Of a stretch of 64,000 nt of DNA, positions 1 through 10,700 are shown piece by piece; within the stretch, counting starts at the first letter, position 1; each line of letters opens with the position of its first letter. This DNA is from Gammaproteobacteria bacterium F7 (GTDB lineage: Bacteria; Pseudomonadota; Gammaproteobacteria; Pseudomonadales; IMCC2047). The notes under the pieces are model-generated. The model saw only the letters and a program-made list of their open reading frames with translations. It was not told the origin of the DNA and ran no database searches. Location: contig LUKI01000006.1 in assembly GCA_001593685.1 (NCBI GenBank), positions 1,085 through 65,084 on the forward strand, written 5' to 3'. Position numbers and translations under genes: made by a program.

Positions 1-243
1 AGCTGGCTCACAGGGCGCGTCACAAACACGGCCACAGATGGCGCTCATTGGGTTAGTAGCGTTAATCGCTTCCAATGCTTCTTCGTATTTGCCTTCCCAG
101 ATTAGACCGATATAGGAGGGCGCGTCAGTACCGATCGGACAGGCCACCTGACAAGGTGCCGGAACGTAGTGAAGATCTTTAGTATCGTCTTCCAGATCCG
201 GAGTTGCTGTTACTGATAAATCAGGAGTGTAAAATTCAGTCAT
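1..243 (-). CDS. GltD-like FAD/NAD(P)H oxidoreductase with N-terminal Fe-S domain (5' part only, runs off the window)
   Basis: Manual translation from ATG at 243: MTEFYTPDLSV...PAPCQVACPIGTDAPSYI...ATNPMSAICGRVCDAPCEPA, the CxxxCP...CGRVCxxPCE signature of the glutamate synthase small-subunit Fe-S domain; starts 7 bp after the upstream stop. Confidence 0.85.
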   Translation of the reverse strand, partial: MTEFYTPDLSVTATPDLEDDTKDLHYVPAPCQVACPIGTDAPSYIGLIWEGKYEEALEAINATNPMSAICGRVCDAPCEPA

Positions 244-250
244 TGTTCAG

Positions 251-2227
251 TTATCCTGCCTTACGAGCTAAGGTTGACAGATTGTCGTCAGGGCGCGCGT
301 GGTCGCGGTGTCCTGGGACATAAGGAAGTCCGGTGATATCTGCTGCTTCAGGTGTCAGAGCAACTAGGTCTTCACGACTTACATTGTGAACGTCGTCGTA
401 ACCCAGGGCTTTGGTGATTGCAGCAATCTGCCAACGCATGGACTCCAGGAAGCGGTGAATGTTTTGCGCCTGGCGATCAATGTCGTAGCGCGACTCATGG
501 CCTTTATCCTGAGTTGCGATACCGACTGGGCATGTACCAACGTGACACTGCATACAAGCAATACAGCCACCAGCGATAATTGCAGCCGTACCTACGGAAA
601 TACAGTCAGCACCCAGAGCCAGCATCTTAATGGCGTCAACACCATCTTTAATGCCGCCCATCAGGACCACATCCATATCGTCTTTGGCATCGATTTCTTT
701 CAGGCCGTCCATTGCTTCCTGAATGGCGCACAGTGTTGGAATACCAACGTTTTCCAGTACTTCTGTACTTGCTGCACCGGTAGAGCCTTGCAGACCGTCC
801 AGCTCAACAAAGTCAAAGCCATCTTTGTAGGCGATTTTGATATCGTCTTTTACACGACCAGCACCCATTTTGATGCCAAGTGGTACGCGATGGCCCATTG
901 CTTCACGCAATTCGTCCATCTTAATTACCAAATCATCGGCGCCCAGTACGTCAGGGTGACGGGAAGGAGAGCGCAAATCGATGCCTTCTGGAATACCACG
1001 AATTTTAGCAATTTCCGGGGTAACCTTTTTAGCCATCAGCTGTCCACCAAGGCCCGGTTTTGCACCCTGTGAAATATAAATCTCAACGGCGTCTGCGCGC
1101 TGGATATCCTGGATGCTGAAGCCCAAACGGCCTGACAGCATCTGCAGTACCAACTGATCCGCTTCTTCACGTTGCTCATCCATCATGCCGCCTTCACCGG
1201 TGTTCTCAGAGATACCGGATAGTCGAGAGGCGCGAGCCAGTGCCAGTTTTACGCTCTTACTCAGAGCACCAAAACTCATAGGCGCGATCATGACAGGCAT
1301 AGACAGGTCAAGCGGTTTTGCACCCCAGCGACCACCGACTTTGGTGCGCAGGTTTACACCTTCAACTGCGGAAGGATCAGCTTTAACGTGTGATACGTCC
1401 TTAGCGAAGGCAATATCGTTCAGGTGCGGAACAGGCTTGGAAGCACCGTAGCCACGGATACGGTAACGGCCAACTTCGCCTTTAATCCAGATATCTTCCT
1501 GTACTTTTGGATTCCAGTAGTTAGAAGACTTGGAGTGAACAAAGAAAGGCTGTGGACGATGGCGAGGCTCCTGTTTGCCGTAGCGCAGTTTTTTACCTGC
1601 GTTAGTGACTTTAGTGAACGTGCCATTGAACTCAATGCCGTACTTAGCTAGAAATTCATTGATGGATTCCAGGTCGCCTGGCGCCATATCAACGATTTCA
1701 GCGTCATTACCGAGGCTTTCGATTTTACCGCCAATGAAAATTTCGCCGGAGCTCATGTCCTGACCAACTTTCTCAGCAGCGTCGCCCAGAATGATGATGC
1801 GGCCACCGTACATCATGTAGCCTGCCATGAAGGCAGCATCACCAGCACAGAATAGCGTACCGGATTTCATGATTTGACCGGCACGGCTACCCATGTTGCC
1901 ACGAATAACGACTTCGCCACCGCGCAAGCCAACACCCGCGATTGCACCAGCGTTGCCGCCAACAATGCAGGAGCCGGCATAGATGTTATCACCAACAGCC
2001 CAGCCTACGTTGTGCTCGATGTTGTAAGTTGCACCGTGAGACAGGCCGCCACAGAAGTAACCGGCAGAGCCCTTAACGGTAACGTTGATCGGATCAGTTA
2101 AACCGACACCAATGTTGTGTTTGGCGTCTGGGTTGATAACTTCGACATCTTGGCCGTTGCGACCACACTCACGGATTTTTTCATTCGCTTCCGTGATGTT
2201 TAGTTTGCTTAAATCTATAGTGACCAT
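251..2227 (-). CDS. Fused GXGXG domain + FMN-binding glutamate synthase domain (GlxC-GlxD / MgsB-MgsC-like fusion)
   Basis: N-terminal ~215 aa of GxxxGxxMxxG beta-helix repeats; C-terminal APMSFGALS, NTGEGG, QGAKPGLGGQL, SPSRHPD and CIACMQCHVGTCPVGIATQ (3Fe-4S). Confidence 0.9.
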   Translation of the reverse strand: MVTIDLSKLNITEANEKIRECGRNGQDVEVINPDAKHNIGVGLTDPINVTVKGSAGYFCGGLSHGATYNIEHNVGWAVGDNIYAGSCIVGGNAGAIAGVGLRGGEVVIRGNMGSRAGQIMKSGTLFCAGDAAFMAGYMMYGGRIIILGDAAEKVGQDMSSGEIFIGGKIESLGNDAEIVDMAPGDLESINEFLAKYGIEFNGTFTKVTNAGKKLRYGKQEPRHRPQPFFVHSKSSNYWNPKVQEDIWIKGEVGRYRIRGYGASKPVPHLNDIAFAKDVSHVKADPSAVEGVNLRTKVGGRWGAKPLDLSMPVMIAPMSFGALSKSVKLALARASRLSGISENTGEGGMMDEQREEADQLVLQMLSGRLGFSIQDIQRADAVEIYISQGAKPGLGGQLMAKKVTPEIAKIRGIPEGIDLRSPSRHPDVLGADDLVIKMDELREAMGHRVPLGIKMGAGRVKDDIKIAYKDGFDFVELDGLQGSTGAASTEVLENVGIPTLCAIQEAMDGLKEIDAKDDMDVVLMGGIKDGVDAIKMLALGADCISVGTAAIIAGGCIACMQCHVGTCPVGIATQDKGHESRYDIDRQAQNIHRFLESMRWQIAAITKALGYDDVHNVSREDLVALTPEAADITGLPYVPGHRDHARPDDNLSTLARKAG

Positions 2228-3117
2228 GTTCTAAATGTTCCTGGTGCAGGTTCTGTGGAGTTAACTGATTGACCTGGGAAGAGGCGGTTGATGCTCACTT
2301 CTTCTGACGCAATGGCAATCATGTCATCGTTTTCAAGCAGAACCATTGGTTTTGCGGCCAAGTGGTCTTTCGCGTAACCGATTTCTGTAGGTGTTGAAAC
2401 CAGGAATGAGAAAGTACCATCCATATCATCAATGGCTGTTTCCAGCGCGCTTTCCAAGCTGTTGCCCTGAGCCAGCTTATCTGCCAGATAAACTGCAACC
2501 AGCTCACTATCGTTATCAGTGTGGAAAGCAAAGCCACGACGTTCTAAGCGACGACGCATTTTCCAGTAGTTTGTTAACTGACCGTTATGAACAATCGCGA
2601 TATCTTCGAAGCCTGTTGCCCAGAAAGGGTGTGCTGCTTCAGGACGTACCGCTGACTCAGTTGCCAGACGTACGTGACCGATTGCATGCGTGCCTTTTAC
2701 ATTGCCGACGTGATAAATGTCGTCAACGTCGTGCGCTGTGCCATCATCTTTAATGATGTCTAGGTAGTGACCAACGGAAACCAGTTTCGCGTGCTCTTCC
2801 ATATCTTTGGTGAAGGCTAGCAAGTCGCCGCCAAAATCAACGCCAATGTGGTAGGAGCAACCAATGCTTTCTTCTGTCACGAGTTTAGCGTCGTGCTTTT
2901 CGAGCAGAGTGCCGATATTTTTAATTGCCTCAGCCTTACCTGCTTCATCCGTTGGGATAATGAAACGCAGTTGTAATTGCTCGTGTTTATCACCATACAG
3001 CGCAAAACCTGTGCTGTCTGGACCACGGTGTTGGCAACCATCAAGCATACTGATAAGTGACTTACCAATTTCATGGGCGCCTTTTTGTTTGTACATAACA
3101 CCAGCTATGCCGCACAT
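2215..3117 (-). CDS. Class II (Ntn) glutamine amidotransferase, GlxB/MgsA-like
   Basis: Start MCGIAG (catalytic Cys1) after GGAGG RBS; HRGPDSTG, GHVRLAT, HPF, VHNG, TDNDSE motifs; overlaps the next gene. Confidence 0.9.
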   Translation of the reverse strand: MCGIAGVMYKQKGAHEIGKSLISMLDGCQHRGPDSTGFALYGDKHEQLQLRFIIPTDEAGKAEAIKNIGTLLEKHDAKLVTEESIGCSYHIGVDFGGDLLAFTKDMEEHAKLVSVGHYLDIIKDDGTAHDVDDIYHVGNVKGTHAIGHVRLATESAVRPEAAHPFWATGFEDIAIVHNGQLTNYWKMRRRLERRGFAFHTDNDSELVAVYLADKLAQGNSLESALETAIDDMDGTFSFLVSTPTEIGYAKDHLAAKPMVLLENDDMIAIASEEVSINRLFPGQSVNSTEPAPGTFRTWSL

Positions 3118-3859
3118 TGTCGTACCTCCTTCCAATTAAAGGATTTCCGTCAGAGTTGCACTTGTTAGTCGTTTCCGACATACAAATCACATGCCCGCTG
3201 GCGTGCGCCTCAATTGAGATGAGCCAGGTAGTCTGGCGACCCACTTGAGGATGTGCTTGATCCTACTGCGGAAATATTTCGAATTATTCCGTTGCGAAAG
3301 TGCTTTCCTAAGCCGCAACTACGTTTAGAACGCTGTTTTCGGATCAGAAAACACGCCATAGTTGAATGTCCTGACTATGGCCTTAAACCCTGAGATTTTA
3401 ACCGATTTTACACAGGGTAGACAATGCTCATGAGCTTAAAGTCTCAGAATTGTGTAGATTTGAGCTTTTTTTATTACCTTATGTAACAGCCGTGTGAAAA
3501 AGAGTTATATAAGTGGATGTTTTATGTAAATTAACTCTATTCGTCACGGTTCACGTGCATTTGAAGAGATAGGGTTTTGAGTTTGTTGTTAATAGGGGTA
3601 ATCTCTACGACAGGTTTTAAACTCTCGGGCTGCTTTGTCTGGAGGCCGAATAGCGTTTTTGGAAGTAAACGCAGTTTTTGTTGAGTAGCTTTAAACAAGC
3701 TGATTGAAATCAGCGTAGCAAAAGGTAGCTCTTATAGGCTGGTTCTGTTGCTTGGTAAAGTCAGTCAAGGATCAGGTGAAAGTGTCACATCATATGCTAT
3801 GATGCGGTCATCTTATTATTTATAACATAAAAATATGACTAACTTCCTGGGAGGGAATT

Positions 3860-4168
3860 ATGAAATTAAAAGCTCTATTGATTGCTGGGGTTATTGCTGC
3901 AATGCCTTTCTCCGCACAGGCGGGTGATGCGGCGGCAGGTAAAGCAAAAGCGGCTACCTGTGCCGGTTGTCACGGTGCAAACGGCATTGCTGTTATGCCC
4001 AACTATCCTAATCTGGCCGGTCAGAATGCCGCTTATCTTGAGTCCGCTCTTAAGGCGTACCGTGATGGGCAACGTTCTGCTGGACAGGCTGCTATCATGA
4101 AAGGCATGGCGGCACCTTTGTCTGATGAAGATATCAGCAACTTGGCTGCTTACTTTAGTAGTCTGTAA
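3860..4168 (+). CDS. Periplasmic monoheme cytochrome c (c553/c4-domain type)
   Basis: Signal peptide ending AQA, CAGCH heme motif, PNLAGQ, axial Met in IMKGMA; GGAGG RBS. Confidence 0.92.
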   Translation: MKLKALLIAGVIAAMPFSAQAGDAAAGKAKAATCAGCHGANGIAVMPNYPNLAGQNAAYLESALKAYRDGQRSAGQAAIMKGMAAPLSDEDISNLAAYFSSL

Positions 4169-4191
4169 GCCGAGTTTTATAAGGTTAAAGT

Positions 4192-4222
4192 GGCCGGTGG
4201 AGTTTTCTCCATCGGCTTTTTT
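4192..4222 (+). terminator. Intrinsic terminator after cytochrome c
   Basis: GCCGGTGGAG-TTTT-CTCCATCGGC followed by a T run. Confidence 0.8.
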
Positions 4223-4254
4223 ATGCCTAAAAACAACCCTCCCGAGAGAATTTT

Positions 4255-5028
4255 TTGGACACCTTACAAATATCTATCGAGTTATTGGCGCTGCTTTTTT
4301 TGGTCGCTGTTATTGCGGGTTTTGTTGATACCTTAGCCGGTGGCGGGGGGTTGATTACTGTCCCATCACTCATATTAGCTGGCGTGCCTCCGGTGATGGC
4401 TTTGGGAACAAATAAATTACAGGGCTGCATGGGGACGGCTACGTCAACGATGGTCATGTTTCGTAAAGGTAAGTTATCCTGGGTGACGATTAAGCTGGCG
4501 ATGATTTACGCCTTTTGCGGAGCAATATTAGGGACACTATCTCTTCAGCTGGTATCCAGCGAAGTTTTAAGCTTTGTGGTGCCAGTCGTTCTATTATTGA
4601 TAGCTGTTTATTTTGTTTTCTCTGCCAAACTTAGTCTTGAAAATCAAAAACCCTGTATGACCGCTCCGGCTTACCGCAGAAGCGTCGTACCAGTAATTGG
4701 TTTCTATGACGGCTTTTTTGGCCCCGGCACCGGATCGTTTTTTTCTTTAGCCGGTGTGGCGCTAAGAGGGCAGGGGTTGCTGGATGCAACCGCCTCAGCA
4801 AAGGCGTTAAATTTTTCAACCAATATTGCCTCACTGATCGTATTCGTAGTTGCTGGGAAGATTGTTTGGAGTATTGGATTGGTGATGATGGCCGGGCAGG
4901 TGATCGGTGCCTGGTTTGGTGCTCATTGTCTTTTCCGGGTTCCTCTACAGTTTTTGCGGTCATTGATCGTGTTTGTTTGTCTGCTGATGCTGGCTAGATA
5001 CGCTATGCAGATGGGTTGGTTTGAGTAA
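4255..5028 (+). CDS. TSUP/TauE family transporter (YfcA-like)
   Basis: AGFVDTLAGGGGLI, ALGTNKLQ, GFYDGFFGPGTGSF motifs; multiple TM helices. Confidence 0.88.
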   Translation: MDTLQISIELLALLFLVAVIAGFVDTLAGGGGLITVPSLILAGVPPVMALGTNKLQGCMGTATSTMVMFRKGKLSWVTIKLAMIYAFCGAILGTLSLQLVSSEVLSFVVPVVLLLIAVYFVFSAKLSLENQKPCMTAPAYRRSVVPVIGFYDGFFGPGTGSFFSLAGVALRGQGLLDATASAKALNFSTNIASLIVFVVAGKIVWSIGLVMMAGQVIGAWFGAHCLFRVPLQFLRSLIVFVCLLMLARYAMQMGWFE

Positions 5029-5099
5029 GATTTTTTTATGGCATTAAGTTTTGTCTGGTTCTTAGTGAAGGTCGCTAGTAATATTTACCCTTATTAAGT

Positions 5100-6065
5100 T
5101 TGTTAAGGGTTATTGTGGGCGATCTAAAAATAGAGGCGGAGGTGCTAGAAGAGTGGCAACACATTTCTAATCTGGTAGCCGATTTTTGTTGTGTGCCGGC
5201 CGCTGTAATCATGCGTAAGCACCCTGACGCTATGGAGGTTATAGCAGGGTCGCAGCAGCCCTGCCTTCCTTATATCAGAAACGAAAAAATTCCGTTGGCC
5301 AATGAGCGCTGTTCTGGATGGGTTGCGCGAACACGGCAGCCGTTATATATACCAAATGCATTTAAAGACCCGCGATGGGCACATAGTTTGAGTGCAGAAA
5401 TGGGCATGATTTTTTATTATGGCGTGCCCCTGATTCTTCCTGATGGTTCCGCGTTTGGTACGCTTTGTATTACACACTGTGAAGAAAAATTAATCTCTGA
5501 GGCGGAAACAAAACTGATTGATCGTTTTGCGCGTACTATAGAGTTAATGTTGAGCCTGTTAGAGAATCAAACCGCTTTTTACCAACAAAGTATTACGGAT
5601 GACTTAACTGGCATCGCAAATCGGCGGCATTTTTTAGAGTGCTTTAATAAAGAGTTTCAGCGAGCAAAGCGCCATGACACTCTGTTTTGTGTGGCAATGA
5701 TTGACCTTGACCACTTTAAACAGGTGAATGATCAATTTGGTCATGATGAGGGTGATCATGTGCTGGTTCGTTTTACTCAGCGTTTTAAAAAAACAATTCG
5801 AACCGAGGATACGCTGGGGCGAGTGGGCGGTGAAGAGTTTGCGCTAATTATGCCGATGACCGACCTACCAGAAGCAAAATTACTGCTTGAGCGTTTCCGA
5901 AGCCTCATTGAGAAAAGTTGGTTGATTGAAAATAAAAAAATCACCTTTAGTGCGGGCTTGGTTAAATATGATGCTGAGTATGAGTGTTCGGCAAATTTAT
6001 TAAGCGAAGCCGATAAACTTTTGTATCGAGCAAAGCAGCAGGGGCGCAATCAAATTTGCTGTTGA
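5100..6065 (+). CDS. GAF-GGDEF diguanylate cyclase (start may be the GTG at 5115)
   Basis: GAF domain (YYGVPL..GTLC); DDLTG, DLDHFKQVND, RxxD I-site (RTED) and intact GGEEF. Confidence 0.88.
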   Translation: MLRVIVGDLKIEAEVLEEWQHISNLVADFCCVPAAVIMRKHPDAMEVIAGSQQPCLPYIRNEKIPLANERCSGWVARTRQPLYIPNAFKDPRWAHSLSAEMGMIFYYGVPLILPDGSAFGTLCITHCEEKLISEAETKLIDRFARTIELMLSLLENQTAFYQQSITDDLTGIANRRHFLECFNKEFQRAKRHDTLFCVAMIDLDHFKQVNDQFGHDEGDHVLVRFTQRFKKTIRTEDTLGRVGGEEFALIMPMTDLPEAKLLLERFRSLIEKSWLIENKKITFSAGLVKYDAEYECSANLLSEADKLLYRAKQQGRNQICC

Positions 6066-6319
6066 TATAAGTAGAAGCTCCCGCTTAAGCTGCTTTGTCG
6101 GGCGATGATAATTAGCCAAAGTTTTTTTATGTAAGGCGGCTAAGTTGTAGTAACAGGGCGCGCTTTGCTGGGCGTTATTAAAGTTTTACCAGAATCTAGT
6201 AGCTTCACGGCTTTAATTTAGTTGAGTTTAGCGGGCTTGGCTGATATTTTTGCAGGCTGCTTTTGGCAGCTTAAATATACTAACCACATTTCCGATTTTG
6301 CATTGATCAAGGATTTTTC

Positions 6320-7534
6320 ATGACCGTACAAGCGCCTTCCGGCATCGTTTCACTCGACAGTATTTTGCCTGAAGAACCACTGCTAATGATGGGTGCAGGC
6401 CCTGTACCGATTCCGGAGCGTGTGGCGGCGGCAAATTCGATAGTGATTAATCATCTTGGCGATACGATGGCTCAGATTATTGAGCAGGTTAAAGCGATGT
6501 CCCGCTATGTTTTTCAAACCGAGTCACAGCATATTCTCGGCGTTGCCGGACCTGGTTCTGCAGCTATGGAAATGGCAATCGTTAACCTTGTCGCACCCGG
6601 TACGAAGGTGTTAAGTATCTGTAACGGTTTTTTCAGTGGTCGGTTGGCGGAGATGGCTGAACGTGCTGAGGCTGATGTTGAGCGCATGATTATTGCTGAT
6701 GGACAGGCTGCGAGTCCCGATGATGTAGAAAGACAGCTTAAGTTACATAAACCTGAAGTACTGACCATCGTACAAGGTGAAACCTCCAACACGGTTTACA
6801 ACCGTTATTTGCCGGAGATTGCCGCGATTGCCCGAGAGCATAATTGCCTGGTCATTGTTGACGCTGTATGTACATTAAGCACGATGCCTTTATCGATGGA
6901 TAGCTGGGGAATTGATGCCGTTATCACTGGCGGCCAAAAGGGTTTATCGTCAATCCCAGGTGTTTCGTTGGTTGCTTTTTCTGAGCGTGCCTGGGATCGT
7001 ATCAATGCGCGCAAAGACCAGTTAAGGCACTGGTGTCTTGATGCCAAGCTGGCGGATCAGTTTTGGTATAAAAAGTCCTACCACTATACGGCCCCCGTGT
7101 CTGGTATTCTGGCGATGCATGAGGCGCTGCGACTAATTTGCAATGAAACGCTACCGGTAAGATTTAACCGCCATTTGCGCTGCTCAATGGCGTTACAGGA
7201 GGCTATCGAGGCGTTAGGGCTATCATTATTTGTCGCTCCCGAGGCACGTTTGAACTCTGTTGTTGGTATTAATATGCCAGACAACATGAAAATCGCTGAT
7301 GTACTAAATTACATTTCCAAAAATTATCGTGTTGAAATTTCTGGTTCGTTTGGCCCCAATATTGTAAGAATTGGCCAGATGGGAGAGCAGAGTCGAGAGC
7401 ATAACCTCTTTAGAACCGTACATGCGCTGGGTGCAAGTATGAAGGCGTTAGGAGCACCAGTTAATGTTCCAGCAGGGGTTGCTGCGCTTGAGAGCGCACT
7501 AGGTTCGTACGTTAATTCTGCGATTGAGATTTAA
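6320..7534 (+). CDS. Class V PLP aminotransferase (alanine/serine-glyoxylate type)
   Basis: LMMGAGPVP, GSAAME, QGETS, VDAVC, GGQKGLS (PLP lysine), YHYTAP, RIGQMG. Confidence 0.88.
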   Translation: MTVQAPSGIVSLDSILPEEPLLMMGAGPVPIPERVAAANSIVINHLGDTMAQIIEQVKAMSRYVFQTESQHILGVAGPGSAAMEMAIVNLVAPGTKVLSICNGFFSGRLAEMAERAEADVERMIIADGQAASPDDVERQLKLHKPEVLTIVQGETSNTVYNRYLPEIAAIAREHNCLVIVDAVCTLSTMPLSMDSWGIDAVITGGQKGLSSIPGVSLVAFSERAWDRINARKDQLRHWCLDAKLADQFWYKKSYHYTAPVSGILAMHEALRLICNETLPVRFNRHLRCSMALQEAIEALGLSLFVAPEARLNSVVGINMPDNMKIADVLNYISKNYRVEISGSFGPNIVRIGQMGEQSREHNLFRTVHALGASMKALGAPVNVPAGVAALESALGSYVNSAIEI

Positions 7535-7741
7535 ACAAAGGAAATAGGCAGGTTCTGTAAAATAAAGCTAACCTTACCAACCCGGGTTAGCTGAAAATAT
7601 TAATTTTATTAGCATTTTTTTCGAACTCTACTATTACTTATTGGGTGCCGGGCGTTGGGTGATCGCCTGAAAATTGAGCAACCCTATACACTTCATGGAT
7701 CGATTTGACTCGGTTGCAGAATTATAAAAACAACGGGATTC

Positions 7742-10700
7742 ATGCGCCGCGCTTCTCACTACTTTATTGCTTGCCTGCTTTCATTTTTAGCAACCTTTAC
7801 AACCGCTAGTGAAAAGGTTGTTTTACAGCTCAAATGGGAGCACGAGTTTCAATTCGCTGGTTATTATGCGGCCCTCTGGCAGGGCTTTTATGAAAGCGAA
7901 GGTCTTGATGTCGAAATTCGTCCGGTTAGCCGTGCCGACGGCTCGACAGTTTCCCCCTCAAAAGAATTATTAGCTGGCAAAGTTGATTTTGCTATTGGGG
8001 CTACGGATATCTTGATCCTGCGTGACCAGGGTGAAGATGTTGTTGCCTTGGCATCGATATTTCAACGTAGTCCAAATGCACTATTTTCTCTCGAAGGCAC
8101 ACCAATTAACAGTGTCGGTCAACTGGCCAAACTCAAGATAGGAAGCAGTACCGACTATACAAGTGATGAAATTAAAACCCTGTTTAATGAGCATGGGTTT
8201 GGCAGTAATAATGTCGATATTAACTACCTGACGCCAACCATTAACGCTCTTATTGAAGGCAAGGTTGATGTGATCGCCACCTATGGCGTTTCATTAATGT
8301 ATGCTGCAGAGGAAAAGGGCGTTAATCTAAACCACCTGCTACTGAGCGACCATGGACTGCAGTTTTATGGTGATACGCTCTATACACACCAAAGTGTGAT
8401 TGATAGCCGCCCGGATGTCGTTGAAAAATTTATCCGTGCAACTGTGCGGGGCTGGGAGTACGCCCTACAGAATAAAACGACGGTAGCTGAAAAAATTGCT
8501 AAGGAACTGCCTCGCTACCTTTTCACTTATGATGATCTCACTGCCTACAATTTACGTTTTGCTGAAAGCATTGATGAGTATATGGCGTACCCAATCAGTG
8601 CAGTTGGTAATATTAATCCCCAGCGCTGGCAAAACATCCATCAACAATTAAAAGCGGCAGGCCTGATTAGCAATGACTGGGATTCCGGTGTCATTATCAA
8701 TGAGTCGCTACTCAATACCCCCCCACAAAGTGGTGTCTCGGTACTGATCATTTTTATCTGTTCAACCTTGATACTCATCCTTTTGGCTATTTTCTTTCTC
8801 CGAAGAGAAGTAACTTTGTGGATGCCCTGCTTTTTTTTAGTCTTCGCCATTATTCTAATTGAAAATTTTATTGAAAAGAGCCTGGGAGAAGCGCACTACC
8901 AGCAGGTTAGGCTTGATACAAGCGAAGAGTTAAATGTTGTTTCTGCAAAATTATCCGGTGTTTTAAATAATAGTATGTCGCTGATTGCGGCCACAGCAGC
9001 ACATATCGCTGCCGAACCTGACATTGATCAGGCTGACTTTGACCGCTTTGCAGCACCACTGTTAAAGAAGGAGCCTTTATTTGTAAACCTTGGAGTGGCT
9101 AAAGATTTCGTCGTTAATATGATTTCGCCTATTGCAGGAAATGAAGCGGTATTAGGGTTTGATTATTTAAAAAGCAATGCCTATCACGATGAGGTATTAC
9201 AGGTTAAGCGTACCAATACACATTTTATTACGGACCCTGTGGAATTAATTCAGGGTGGCAATGCCTTTATTGGTCGTGCGGCGGTATACACCGAATCTAA
9301 AACAGGTGAACCTGTTTTCTGGGGTATTGTGTCTGGACCTATTGATAGCCATGGCGTTTATAAAAAAGCCGGATTACTAAGTGATAAGTTGGGCATTAAT
9401 ATTGCTATAGCGAGCCGTAATAATCTGGGTAATAAGGGCGATGTTTTTTTTGGTGATGAGGACATTATTGCTGATCACAAGTCGCTTAAAACGACGCTTT
9501 TGGTCGGGGATACCAGATGGGTGCTCGCGGCTGCACCCAAAGAAGGTTGGTATCAAGCTACGCGTGATATTTGGGGGTTACGTTTTACAACGGTTATATT
9601 TGGCGTTTTGCTGCTATTGTTTGTTGCTTTTAGGCATCGTCAATTAATACAGTCGAAAGCCTATGAAGAGCAATTGCGCCAAAGCGAAAAATTACTGAGT
9701 GATGTAGGTGAGCTGGCGCTGATTGGCCCCTGGCAAATCAATCGCCATGGACAAATTATTAACTGGCACCGCCAGACATCTAAAGTTCTGGGACTTTCTT
9801 ACCCTGTAGTGGGTGACTTAATAGAGCGACTGGCATCAGTCTTTACTGTTGACCAATTGCAGAAGCTTAAACAGTGTCTTGATAGCGCTCACTCAAATGG
9901 TGAATCCTTTGATATAGAGCTTTGTCGTGAAGACAAGCATAAAAACATACGCTGGCTTCGATTCATTGGAAACGTGGTTATTAGACAAGGACAGATTCAT
10001 GAGCTGCTGGGTGCAGTGCAGGATATTTCTGAACGTAAACATAGCCATGAATTGATTCAATATCAGGCGAGTTATGACAACCTGACAGGATTACCTAACC
10101 GACTGCTACTCAATGATAATCTTGAAAAAAATATCGCTAAAGCCAGTCGCGATAACAACAAATTAGCTGTGCTGTTTGTTGATTTGGATAACTTTAAACC
10201 GGTCAATGATAGCCTTGGACACAAGGCGGGTGACAAGGTGTTAAAAGAAGTTGCCAGACGTCTGAAAAGCTGTATCCGTGCTTCAGATACGGTGGCGCGT
10301 TACAGTGGCGATGAGTTTATTATTTTACTTCAGGATGTTGATGACGGGTCAGGGTCATTGCCGGTCGCTGAGAATGTTATCCATGAAATGAATCAGCCTT
10401 TCAATATTGACGGGCGTGAAGTTTTTTGTGGCGCGAGTGTAGGGATCGCGATTTATCCAGAAGATGGTAAGACGGGCGAAGCGCTGATCTCTAATGCGGA
10501 TCAGGCCATGTATGTAGCAAAGGAGTCTGGGCGTAATAATTGGCATTATTTTACCGATGAGATGCAACAACAATCTGAAAAACGCCAGCGCTTACACAGC
10601 AAGCTGGTTTCTGCGATTAGTAAAAAAGAGTTAACGGTACATTACCAGCCCATCATGAATTTAAGTACGGGGAAGATAACCAAGTGCGAGTCGCTGGTTC

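Noticed and set aside
386-1072. Long antisense ORFs (this one, 37138-37713, 29079-29558, 32595-33059 and similar)
   Set aside because: Shadow frames of well-supported genes on the opposite strand
3343-3358. Sigma54-like TGGCGTGTTTTCTGAT upstream of mgsA
   Set aside because: The -12 GC is replaced by GA
3210-3359. 49-aa minus-strand ORF (MACFLIRKQR...) in the mgsA leader with an AGGA upstream
   Set aside because: No recognisable features or leader-peptide codon bias; the region is better explained by RNA structure
6238-6254. Sigma54-like TGGCTGATATTTTTGCA upstream of the aminotransferase
   Set aside because: GG-to-GC spacing is 11 nt rather than the required 10
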